A stretch of 64,000 nucleotides of DNA from Adineta vaga. Its lineage: Eukaryota; Animalia; Rotifera. Position 1 is the stretch's first letter, and each line of letters opens with the position of its first letter. The DNA lies in the NCBI GenBank assembly GCA_021613535.1, contig CP075493.1, positions 12,028,001-12,092,000 of the forward strand, given 5' to 3'. The notes under the pieces were generated by a model. That model searched no databases, was not told the DNA's origin, and saw only the letters and a list, made by a program, of their open reading frames with translations. Position numbers and translations under genes: made by a program. Positions 13,368 through 24,712 of this stretch are shown here, piece by piece.

Positions 13368-14210
13368 TTTTTTATAGTCGAAGTCGAAAACAAAGAAAAC
13401 TTCGTGACGATTTCTTCTGTAAAAAGAAATAAAATGACAATTAATAGGCGAACTGTTTCTTTTATATATAATTTTCTTTTCGCCTGCTCTATACATAATT
13501 ATAATGCCCTTAGTATTTCGGAAGTGTCATTATTGAAAGATGCCCTTATCGAAAATGAACAGGAAATTTGAGATCAATTTTTCGATTGTTTTTTTTTCTT
13601 CATACACTTTGATTGATTAGAAATAGTGCTTTCTTTTATTAAAATTTTTTTGAAACGACGTCATTAGATTGGTCAAAGAACTTTTAATTTTTGATTTGAG
13701 AAATATTTTAATTAAAAATAAGTTGTCATCTTATAAATGAAGATTTGAAAATGTAAATTAAAAGAGAAAACTTGTTCAAATGTCATTTTACTATAAGTTC
13801 TTATCAATAAGAAATAAATTTAACAAAGTGATTATATTTTCTTTATACATGAATGTATCATAGCAACAAACTATACTCGTTCGATTCGAAAAGCGGTTGA
13901 GAGTATTGGTGAAGGTATGGATACGAACTTTTCAATATTTATTTTCGTCGTTCTATACAACTTATCAAAGTTAAATATTTACTAACACTAATCTTCTCTC
14001 CTTCTTCACAATCCAATAACAACATAATAGAACTACGATGACTAATGCAAATATAAAGGTATACATGTGTCATACGTTTATCTAAGTATATATTAAGTTA
14101 TTTTGTATTGCGTTAAAAATATTTTATTAGAGAGTATACGAGTTTTACACAACATTCTCTTTGCTCTAATAAATTTTAAATTATTAACTATTAATTATTT
14201 TATCGTCGAA

Positions 14211-16301
14211 ATGCTTTCTCATTGTCTAATAATACTTGTTCTTTATTCTTGTTCGCTTGGATTCGCTTCTGGAGTGTTGACTGGTGATTTCTTCTGTCAT
14301 ACTGCCGGTGCCCCTGAAATTCTTCTCTCAAATGGTCCACTCATTTCATCAAACTTCTCCCATAAAATATCCTTTGCCACGGATTATTTATTTCAAACAC
14401 CATTTCAACTTACTTCTACCGTTCAAGTTACTGCTATTAGCATTTTCCCCCGTAAGAATAGCGGTTTTCTTACTGTGAGAGCTGCTCTCTATGATGCTGC
14501 GTCGATGCTCGTTGCACAGACACTCTCAATCACCACATCTACAACAGACTTTTCAGATGTGCAACCAAAACCATGGATTTTACCATTGGATCAACCAATC
14601 AATCTTACTGCCGGTATTAGATACAGTGCTGCTTATTGGTTTGCTAGTTCCAGTAATAATGGAACTGGTAGTGTGGCACTATTCGCCACAAGTCCAGCTA
14701 ATGTTACGTTCTTAAAACCAGCTAATAACTTTGATATAGTAAATGGATCATTTCCGCTTCTCTTGGCTGCACCTTATACCTTTGGTGTTGGTCTATCCGC
14801 TCCATTCGTTCAATTGATAGGATCACCATGCACTAATACAGTTCCTAGTACCACTATCAATCTTAATGACACAATTTTATCGATATTACAAGAAATCAGA
14901 ATTAAATATGATGGAATACCAGCTCTTGGTGCTTCGATCATTCAGATGCCCACATCTGAATCTTACACTGGGATTCGACCATCAGCAAACGTCATTTGTC
15001 CTTTCATTCCCGTTTCAACAGTAGTATCTGGTGTGCGACGTGCAGATGCGCTAACTCCCGAAACAGTCACAGTGAACGATAAATGGCATCTTGGATCGAA
15101 CACAAAGGCGATGACAGCTACACTTATTCAAATGTTGATTCAAACAGATAAATTAAGACTCAATACCACCGTGGGCGATATCTTTCCTTACGTATCATTT
15201 TCTTCAATAACCACGCCACCATCGGATTCATGTACTTGCGACAGCTTCTCCCATTTAGATGGTTATTTTGCAAAGTCTCCTTACTCATGTAATCTAACGA
15301 TACATATATCTTGGAAATATGTAACTATCGCTCATTTATTGACACATACATCGGGTTTGGAAGCATTGGATATGGCACTTCCTCGTGAATACTACATTGA
15401 ATCGTTAGCATTAGAAAAAAATGGTACGAAAGAATCCTGCACGAACTACCCGCTACCATCGCGTCGTTACCATTTAAGTGTAATATTGCCGATGACCATT
15501 CCTAATCCACCACCGTCTATTGATGTTCCTGTGAATTCTTCTTACTCGAACAATAATTTTATTCTATTGGGATTGATTTTAGAAGAAATCTGGTCATTAC
15601 CATGGGAGTCGATTATTCAACGAGAATTATTTGATCCGTTAGGAATGAATACAGCAGGATTTGGATCACCCATAGAACAGGTACCATTTGATTCGTATGC
15701 TACACAACCATTCGGCCACTATGAAGATGATGTTAATGTATTGCATAGTACTGATGCTGACAATTTAAAATCATGGGGATCTACAGGTCTGGTCCATGCT
15801 AACCTTGATGATTGGAGCAAATTTATTGCTTGCCATTTACAAGAAGGACGCAATTTAACAACATTAGGATTTCCTGCCAGAAGTAATAACTTTCTCAATA
15901 CAACACATTTACCTTATATATTCTCGTCATCTGTCTGGCAAACTATTCACAATCAATACGTTTTTCCGTCAACTAATTCTTCCAATTCTCAACATTCACT
16001 TTCTGAATTGATCAGTCAAAAAGACAACATTGGACTATCTCTCTGGCATACTGGTTCCAATACTGTTTGGTACGCTCTTGTCGTCGCTTATCCTCGATTG
16101 CAACAACCGATGGCAGTTTTAGTTGCAGCGAATATTGCTTCTGAAGATGCAGTTTGGGAAGCAAAATCAGCTATTATCAATCTATATCTTGCGTGGCAAC
16201 ATCAAGGTCAACCAGGCCCAGTGATCACTTCAATAGCTACATTATCTGCAACGTCTAATATCTATGTTGCTCTTATTTTAACCTTCATTGCTTTGCTATA
16301 A
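14211..16301 (+). CDS. Secreted, probably GPI-anchored serine hydrolase of the beta-lactamase/PBP (AmpC/DD-peptidase) family with N-terminal DUF4082-like domain
   Basis: Signal peptide from ATG 14211. Motifs LGSNTK (SxxK), LLTHTSG, YSN, LFDPLGM and HTG. Hydrophobic C-terminus with no cytoplasmic tail. Intronless. Confidence 0.88.
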   Translation: MLSHCLIILVLYSCSLGFASGVLTGDFFCHTAGAPEILLSNGPLISSNFSHKISFATDYLFQTPFQLTSTVQVTAISIFPRKNSGFLTVRAALYDAASMLVAQTLSITTSTTDFSDVQPKPWILPLDQPINLTAGIRYSAAYWFASSSNNGTGSVALFATSPANVTFLKPANNFDIVNGSFPLLLAAPYTFGVGLSAPFVQLIGSPCTNTVPSTTINLNDTILSILQEIRIKYDGIPALGASIIQMPTSESYTGIRPSANVICPFIPVSTVVSGVRRADALTPETVTVNDKWHLGSNTKAMTATLIQMLIQTDKLRLNTTVGDIFPYVSFSSITTPPSDSCTCDSFSHLDGYFAKSPYSCNLTIHISWKYVTIAHLLTHTSGLEALDMALPREYYIESLALEKNGTKESCTNYPLPSRRYHLSVILPMTIPNPPPSIDVPVNSSYSNNNFILLGLILEEIWSLPWESIIQRELFDPLGMNTAGFGSPIEQVPFDSYATQPFGHYEDDVNVLHSTDADNLKSWGSTGLVHANLDDWSKFIACHLQEGRNLTTLGFPARSNNFLNTTHLPYIFSSSVWQTIHNQYVFPSTNSSNSQHSLSELISQKDNIGLSLWHTGSNTVWYALVVAYPRLQQPMAVLVAANIASEDAVWEAKSAIINLYLAWQHQGQPGPVITSIATLSATSNIYVALILTFIALL

Positions 16302-17679
16302 ATTGTGATTATTTTTCATCCTTTTTCTTCTATGTTATGATGTTTTTATTTTAACAAAAATCAAATTCCTTTTTCAATTTGTTTCTGTTCTTTGAAAAAT
16401 TCTCTCCGTTTTCTCATTACTTCATACCATGACGATTCAAATTCACTATATTATTACGAACTATACATTGTTCCAGATACTGTTGTTTTGTTAACCATTG
16501 TAATGCTTCATATTGATTCGATGAAGTAGCATAATAAATAATTAGAGACATAGATATTGATTTTAAATGGAAGATCGACAGATTTATATAGGATTCTTTC
16601 GATATTTAATTAATGAGCATAGAGAATAAGTTTATCATTCTCACTCAGTAGTCGATGATCGTTCACAATATATTTGGCCTATCCAATGTATATCAAAGTC
16701 AACATAACCATACAGAATATGATGATCGAATGAGAGTAGCTTAGAATACATTGCACTTCGATAGGAACTTCTCATTATTGATCTAATAATCGATCACATG
16801 TACCTTAACCATTAGTTAAATTATAGGATGTTGACAAGCGAATACTTACTATACGTTTTTCTTATGAAAGGTATAGAAAACGATAATGATGTTGATTTTT
16901 GCTCTTTGATGATAATGAAAAAAAATCAATGGTGTATCTGCTTGTCATCATATTATTAAATAACTTTTCAAACTACATACATTCGTCAGAATAAAAAAAT
17001 ATTTAAGATAACATTGCCGTTCATATTCTATCTCACTTTTTAAAAATTGGTCGACTAGCATCTTATCAATAATCGCGTCTATTGCAAATCACGAAATAAT
17101 ATTTAGTTTTTATAATTGCACTTTTCGAAATATTAAAAAAAACATATGTACTCATATATGTTTTTATGTCATCGAATTATATACTTCTATAATTTAATCG
17201 ATTCACGTTGATGAAGAAAGTAGGTTGACCTTACCTATAAATGAATCATTCAATATCTGATCCTTTTCTTTCTCGCACTTGACATATAACACATACAAGA
17301 GAACCATGTCTCTCTGTCTATTATATTCCAATTTTGAGATTTCTAATACAGATCGAAACATATGGGATTGATGTCTTTATTTCTATTTTCAATTCAATTG
17401 AACTATAAATATGTTGTATCACAGATATAACTATTTTAATTATTCATTCTAATTAGTATTTTGTGTTAGGCAAAAGAAAGCCATGCCTCAATAGTTTTTT
17501 GTATTTATTTGGATGAAACATGCTGTTTTATACGTATTTTCAAAAGTTTTTTTCATATATACAGTCGAGTCTATTCAATTGGTAAGATAATAAAGTAAAT
17601 GATATTGTTACTTGTTACAACGATGAAACTTTATTTTAGTTTCATATATACATATATATAAATCTATTCCAATTGCATT

Positions 17680-17907
17680 ATGGCCAATACTAAAACTGAA
17701 ACAGTTACAGACAAAAAGACACACGATACTGATATTGTTATAAATCAACCAACATCTAGCAAAGATGAAGAACTAGTACATGATACTAATGAAAAATTGG
17801 ATGGGAAAAAAAAGCGTTCTACAAATGACAGTTGTAATACATGTTTATGTTTGTGTGATTGTTGTGTCTTAATATTGGATATAGTTCTTATTTGCTTTCG
17901 AAAATAA
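17680..17907 (+). CDS. Small tail-anchored Cys-rich protein (CYSTM-like)
   Basis: 75 aa. Hydrophilic N-terminus then CNTCLCLCDCCVLILDIVLICF. TATA-like tatataaa about 20 nt upstream of the ATG. Confidence 0.55.
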   Translation: MANTKTETVTDKKTHDTDIVINQPTSSKDEELVHDTNEKLDGKKKRSTNDSCNTCLCLCDCCVLILDIVLICFRK

Positions 17908-18651
17908 ATTATTATGGTGCAATGAATGTGTATAACTCGTCAAATTATGATGAAAATGTTCTCTTTCTAAGAAGTTTAAAATAGAACTAACCGATGTAGT
18001 TCGATTTTCTAACGAACGTACATTCACATTATGATGAAATTTTGAAAGCTTGTATACAAAAAGTAACTTTAACCCTCAAAACATTTCTTTTACTTATCTT
18101 CTATGTGTGTTGATAATAGATATAGATTAAGAGAGAATGGGAATATATTGATATCATACTCATACATTGCCACAAATATTTACAAACTCAAAGAGAGAAT
18201 AGTGAGCTTCTGTATTGGAAGTAAATTCAAACTACTTGAGATTACTTCAAATTGCTAGCTTATACTTATAGAAATATTTTTTTGATATTTAGCATAAACG
18301 AATTTCCATTTTTGTATTGAAGTTTTCTGTTTATTCGTTTACATATAATAAATAAATTGTGGCCAACAAAATGAATGAGTAATATACGACATTAAATAAC
18401 TTACGTTATAGCCATTGAGAATCGTGATAGTGTATTATGTGAGTAACAATTGAATCGCTCAGTATTTTAATCAAAAATTAGATGCTTTTCTTTGGCATGT
18501 TGGTTTCAAATTAAATAATAATTATATACAGTCTATTTTAGAAAACCTTGAAAGTTATGATTATTCTTGCAGGGCGTTTATAATTGTTTTATTATTCTAT
18601 GTTGGATAATGCACACAAAGCTTAATTCAAAAGTTTATCCATTGAATTCGA

Positions 18652-19961
18652 CTATTGCATCGCATATATTTTATTTCGTATATCGTAAAATGTGATGCGT
18701 TCCTCTGGGTTATATATCCAACATAACGATAGAAGATCATACATATCGGTGGAACATGTAGATGGTTGTTCATGAATTTTTCGATCAATTTTTATATACT
18801 GTGGTATATCAAGGTCCTGTCAACATTTGGATATGGTCTTTTAGGATTCGTAATCATCAGCTGTATAAGAAGGAGTCCAAATGCCCACACATCACTTTTC
18901 GAGGAAAAATTGTGTGGAAGCAGTTCATCTTTCATAGATTGTTTTGTTTCGGATCGTGAGAGAAACGTTTCAGGTGCAAGAAATCGCCATTGAAAACGAT
19001 CCTCCTTTTTGCCAGTAGAACTCCCATCCGCTTTATTTCCAGTTGAAACATCTTTTACCTGTCGCACTGCATGTCCAAAATCACATATACGTATAAACCC
19101 ATGCTCATCAACCAAAATATTACCAGCGTGTAAATCACGATGAACTATTTGCTTATGTTCTAAATACATCATTCCACCAGCCACCTGAAAACCGATATTA
19201 GCGACTCGTCGCATTCTTGATTGCTGTGACTCACTTTCCCTCAGAGGACAGAAGGATATGAGAGCTTCTCCATTGTAAGACATGATCAAATAGTCATAAT
19301 CCTTATCGGCAAATGTACCATATAATGAAACAATGGAAAAATGTGACAAATCCTGAAGAAGCTCAAATTCATGTGTAAAGCGACGATCATTTCGCTTGAA
19401 CCGTTTGTAAAACACCTTTGAGCTTTTTTCGAAACGAGTAAACATAGCAGTTCCACAACCTGCATTGTTCATTCCAAGTGCTTTTCGTGCATAAGTATTA
19501 CTGTTATATGTAATCTCATTAATTTCGTCCGGCTTACCAAAATAAATATGTTCATTGATTGATTGATTTGATTTCCACAGCGAATCATATATTCGAGTAG
19601 GTAAAATACACTGACCACAAAGAATTGCCCATATCTTGTTCAATCTTTGACTTTGGGTGTATTGTTGAAGAACGAAAAGAAGCATTTCTTCCTTCACCAT
19701 CGGTAGTATATAATGCACAATAGGAAACTTGTACAGTAATTCATCAATGCGTACAGAGAGTATTAAATGTGTTTCGTCCGTTATATTATCTAGAGAAGCA
19801 CATGCAATCGAATCACTCAGATGTGCAGTATAATTGCTCATATATAATTCATCGAGAACTAACTTACGGAACATGAATGTTCCTACTGGACTGAACACTA
19901 GTTCGCGAACTACGATAGAGAGCGATGGGACGACTTGAATTTGAAAGTTTGAATCCGTCAT
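18652..19961 (-). pseudogene. Tyrosine-kinase-like protein kinase with a single frameshift near 18815-18820 (pseudogene or assembly indel)
   Basis: Motifs FYK, HEF, HRDLHAGN, DFG, WRFLAPE and SDVWAFG. After RPYPNVD the domain continues in another frame as DLDIPQYIKIDRKIHEQPSTCSTDMYDLLSLCWIYNPEERITFYDIRNKIYAMQ* (subdomain XI), stop at 18652. Start uncertain (ATG 19961; ORF open to 20081). Confidence 0.85.
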
Positions 19962-20731
19962 CGGAATTGTACTCCTAAGATAAGATGTAAATACAATGAT
20001 ATCAATATTACTTGACAAATGAAAATAAGTAGCTTTTCGAAACATCAAAAATTCTTTCAGAAGAATTAGAAAATATGGCAATGGAAAAGGAAATATTCAC
20101 ACATATATGTGAGAAAAGAAACTTTTTATAGAATGAAACAATAGAAACAATTCGCATTAGAATGTCAATTTCATTTTCATTATCAAGCATGTTCCTTGTT
20201 TACGCAAAAAGTTCTAGTTTTTTCTTTAATTTTCTATCTTTTTCGTTTTATTCTCATTCTTTAACATATTATATTACTCATTGAAAGACGAGAAGGATAT
20301 CTCGCGTATTATATTGTTGTATAATCATTAAAGAATTTAGATAGTTTTACTTTTCACCATCGATCCGTAAGTCTGCTTCTTCACTCAAGAGGCGTAATTT
20401 ATTGTTCAATTCAACTATGCGTTGTGCAATCATTTTAGAAAATTCGAATACAACTAATTAGCATTCTCTAAAGTGTTACTAATTGAAAATTGATCTGTGA
20501 TAAGATTTAACTGTCTTAGCGTAGCGTCACGTTTGTTGAGAACTATCTTTAGTTAGAGAAAATAATCCAATTTAGGATATTTAGTTTACACTTAATATCG
20601 AATTCATTTTGTATCTGAAACATCCAAGATTAAGTGCTATGTATAAAATTCTATAAGGTATTAAATTAACTTGAATTGTACAAAATAGGTTATTCTTATT
20701 TACTATATGATTAGCAAACTACTGAAATTGC

Positions 20732-22120
20732 TTACTGATCATTATTTTCTGCATCAGTGGTTGAGCAAAGCACAAGTGGTAGAAAATTTGTTGGATAAAT
20801 TGAAGTCTGTCTGTAAGTGGTATCATCCTTCAGATAAATATTGGGCACTTGTTGTGGAACAGATTCATCATGCACGTCGATAAGAAGTGACTTGGGAACT
20901 GGAGGTTTTCTAACAACATTAATTGTTATGAAGAAGAGAACGTTAAACAAGCAATATAACTTTTACCTGGAAACTTTTGATGGCAGTCTATGATATGGAG
21001 TGCTTATATACTCAATACTGTAATATTGAGACATGTCTTTAGTCTCGGAATGGAGCTCCACCAAACTAATTGTCACTTCCTGATGCGATTCGTTCCATTG
21101 AATTTTTGCTACTGAAAATAATCCCAGTGCTAGTAAAACCGCTTCATGATGACTTTGTCGTGTAGACAGATGTCGTAGAGAAAGAACTTTGGAAATGTTA
21201 CCATGTTTAATTCTATAGCAAAAAGTGAAACGTATGAATTCTGACTGGACCTTTGTGGATTCTTCAAACATGCTCATTTGGCGAAAATCAGTTAGTTTTG
21301 TTGAAACTATTGTTAATGTTTTGGTCATTAGTAGCATTCCTACTCGATATTTTTCTACTTCGCATCGGCGCGTTATAAATTGTTGATATACAATGCCAAT
21401 AATGAATTGCGAACGAAAAATCGGACAGCACGTAAACACAGCAATGAGGCAAGCGGCGGCGGATATGAATGTTTGCTTGTTCTGAACATCATTCTCAATT
21501 TGATTTGTGACTAAATGATCTATTTCTGACTGCATAAATTGGAAAATATCATTTGTCAAAGTCATACCGATAACGATAGGTATAGCTGATTGATCATCGC
21601 ATGCCTGTGTTAGAAAAGAGATGAAATGAAGGATTTCTTCGTGTGTTAAATTGGAATTCTTTCTTAGAGTACTTAATACATACGTACATCGTACGTTATT
21701 AAGCATTGTCATAAGTCCAAATTGATATATGTTCTCTTGAATATCTTTTTGAAATGCTATTCGTCGCGTAAAAACGTTTGTGTTTTCAATGAAAGTAAAA
21801 GACGGTAAAGCTCGTTCACTATTTATATCCCAAACCAATTGTAGAGCACAAATTTGTATTCTTTTAGCTAGGGAAGTTTCACGCTTTTCCAAAAGCCGAA
21901 GGATTTTTGAATTATTACTCGTATGTGCAATGTACACTGCCGTTTCACCATTCAATTCGACGCGATGAAGTTGAATAAGTGTCAGTTTTGGTAGAAGACG
22001 TTTCACTTCTTTGATATTGTTATCACGACATGCTCGATAAAATCCACTTAGTTCATAGTTAATATCATCAGCTATAGGGGTGCGAGTTTTGCCGCATTTT
22101 CTTTGTCGAAAGTATTGCAT
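20732..22120 (-). CDS. Ankyrin repeat + catalytically degenerate ADP-ribosyltransferase-like domain (paralog of 22685-24712), 2 exons
   Basis: ANK FYRACRDNN...NGETAVYIA. ART-like region colinear with the neighbour but YQQ replaces FRG and HHEA replaces ELE. Intron 20910-20966 joins in frame to RKPPVP... Confidence 0.78.
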
Positions 22121-22684
22121 CTATAAATATAAATATAAAAATAAATAGAAGCTCAATGTGGAATTTTCTATGCTCTATATCAAGATTTAAATCAATGCAG
22201 TACTTAACAAAAACATATTGTATAATATGGTAATTCATTATTTCTTTGAAAACAAAACGACTTAAGAAGAGTCTAGACATCCGTACGCACGAAAATATAT
22301 AATTTGGAAACGTTGTTTTATCTGTAGAAATGACTCTATGAATGTAATTACTACTTATTTATCTCTCATTCGTAATCATACGTTGACCTACAGAATTACG
22401 AGATAGATAGATAGAAATTAGAATTCAATGCTTAAAACGCAATAGCTCTCTCTATAATATCGACCATTCGTCTCCCTCTGACTTGAAAATACATCGAGAA
22501 TACACGCACATAAAATTGCGTATGCCACTAACATATAAATAATTCTTTCTATAGTTAGAAAGTCGACATTAGTTAGAAATACTTTACACATAGTATCTAA
22601 AGCACTCATTCAGCAAAATCAAAATGGTCTGTGGTTTCTATATATTAATGTTAATTCTATAAGCCAACATTGATCAATGTGTAT

Positions 22685-24712
22685 TCATCTCCAATGTAGC
22701 CAAGATTTCTTGGCTAGCGGATCAACGTTTGGTATAAGATAAATATGATCATCAGCGAAATTCTTCGACGAATACAATGTTTCAAGATTATTTCTCTTCG
22801 CCATCGATAACGAAAAACTGGTCTCATTTAACAAACAATCGCTCAGACCATTACTAATATAGCCTACTGTTGAATATTGATAATTATTCATGGTAGTATC
22901 TAATGTATGCTGGACGAAATCACGAGCGTTCACACATTGAGAATTCGAGGTGTTTTGACCTGACTCATCGTAATAACTAGACACTGGTGCAGATGTGTAT
23001 AGTCGGCGATCAATCGTAATAGATGGTAAAAAACGAACTTTTAAAGAGGTGTTAGTAGTGATTTCTGACAGATTCATATATCGACGATGTATTAGTGCTG
23101 GATGTGAACTCGTAGAGACAGCGTTACTAGTTGCATATATATTGTTTTTTTCATGGTCCGATGTGTAATTTCGTAGGTTAACTGCTTGATGAAGAATTGG
23201 AATGTCTTTGATGGGATTTGAAGAATTATGATATTCTGAAGCACCTATCTCATCGCAAAACGGCTCGTAATGTACATTCACAGTTGCATATTCGTCTGAA
23301 TTAGATTCAGTTTCACTGGAAGGCAGTTTTGAAGAGGAACATAGTACATTCGTATTATCATCAACATGCTGATGGCTTAAATATTGTGACATTTCTCCAT
23401 CACCATGCGCAGCTAAATATTCGCTACTGTTTAACAGATATGTCTCGGATGGAGAGTTAGTATAGAAATCATAAACACGGTAAGCATTAATAAGAGATTT
23501 ATTTTCTGTTATTGAATCATCTCGTTGACAAAGAAATTCATTAATGTGCGCATCATTATTGTTTTCTGTTGATTGTGTACAGACTTTAGAGGTGTCTTTA
23601 TGCCAAAAGCTTGGTTCGCATTCGATCATATCAACGATAATAACACGGACAGAGTTAATTATAGAAACACGTCTATTTTCCACCTTGAATGTGCTCAAAG
23701 GTTTTATGAGCACCTCTAGTTCATCTTGAAATTCAGAAATATGCTTGACTTCCATTGTTCGCGTCGAACCAGGCAAAAATCGATATCGAAACAGTAAACT
23801 AATTTGTACTAACCGTTGCTTTTGTCGATTGTGTCGTAGATTATGATCGTCTCCGTTGTTAGCAAACATGAGAGCAACAGATTGATCTTTTGAAGTAGAC
23901 ACAATAGCCGTATTCACAATGATGTCACCATCTCGATATTTTTTGAATTCATCTTCAGTAACAATGATACCACGAAACGTGTCAAATGTGGTTGGTGAAA
24001 GTTGTTCGTGAGATGTAAAAGTAATTATGGATGCCAGGTAATATATGGAAGTGGACAATGACTTATGGTCTGTATCTATTTGAATCCGTTGAGAGAGTGT
24101 ATTAGCCATGTATTCATTGGTTGTTCTCGAAAACTCCGATAGAGTGTAGGCACGAATTATAGGAATTACGCTTCGTGTCTCAATGGCATTATCGAAATAC
24201 TGTTCGACTTTTTCACGCTTTCCCGTAGGAAGATTGAGATGTGGTATATAATGTTTACGGAGATGAGTGAGCATAGTCACTAGACCAAGTCTACAGAGCA
24301 TGTGCTCTAAATACATGATCATAGCCCGCACATTATCGCGAGTGAAATTATCTACTATAATTGTCCACGAAATAATTCCATCTGCACGGATGCGTCGTCC
24401 TCTTGAATCACGAATTAAATAAAATAAATTTCGAACCAGTGGATCAGACGCTTCTTCGTAAGGAGTCATATTATGACTGCGATTACGTATCGATCTATCG
24501 GCGCCTCGTTTGAGCAAAAAACGAACAATCTCCATATGATTGTGATAGCAAGCAACATGTAATGCTGTACTTCCGTTTGACTCCACGCGGTTGATTTCGT
24601 CAGATTTCAAGCGCTTGAGAAGACGCCGAACTTCTCTAACACAATTATTTCGACATGCGTTGTAAAGTGCGCTCATATGCATTTCCTCTGACTTTCCATA
24701 AACCATCGACAT
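22685..24712 (-). CDS. Ankyrin repeat + R-S-E type ADP-ribosyltransferase + long Tyr/Ser/Asn-rich disordered tail
   Basis: ANK NGSTALHVACYHNH...LLKRGAD. ART motifs FRG, VSTS and DELEVLI. Low-complexity tail of ~300 aa. Confidence 0.88.
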   Translation of the reverse strand: MSMVYGKSEEMHMSALYNACRNNCVREVRRLLKRLKSDEINRVESNGSTALHVACYHNHMEIVRFLLKRGADRSIRNRSHNMTPYEEASDPLVRNLFYLIRDSRGRRIRADGIISWTIIVDNFTRDNVRAMIMYLEHMLCRLGLVTMLTHLRKHYIPHLNLPTGKREKVEQYFDNAIETRSVIPIIRAYTLSEFSRTTNEYMANTLSQRIQIDTDHKSLSTSIYYLASIITFTSHEQLSPTTFDTFRGIIVTEDEFKKYRDGDIIVNTAIVSTSKDQSVALMFANNGDDHNLRHNRQKQRLVQISLLFRYRFLPGSTRTMEVKHISEFQDELEVLIKPLSTFKVENRRVSIINSVRVIIVDMIECEPSFWHKDTSKVCTQSTENNNDAHINEFLCQRDDSITENKSLINAYRVYDFYTNSPSETYLLNSSEYLAAHGDGEMSQYLSHQHVDDNTNVLCSSSKLPSSETESNSDEYATVNVHYEPFCDEIGASEYHNSSNPIKDIPILHQAVNLRNYTSDHEKNNIYATSNAVSTSSHPALIHRRYMNLSEITTNTSLKVRFLPSITIDRRLYTSAPVSSYYDESGQNTSNSQCVNARDFVQHTLDTTMNNYQYSTVGYISNGLSDCLLNETSFSLSMAKRNNLETLYSSKNFADDHIYLIPNVDPLAKKSWLHWR

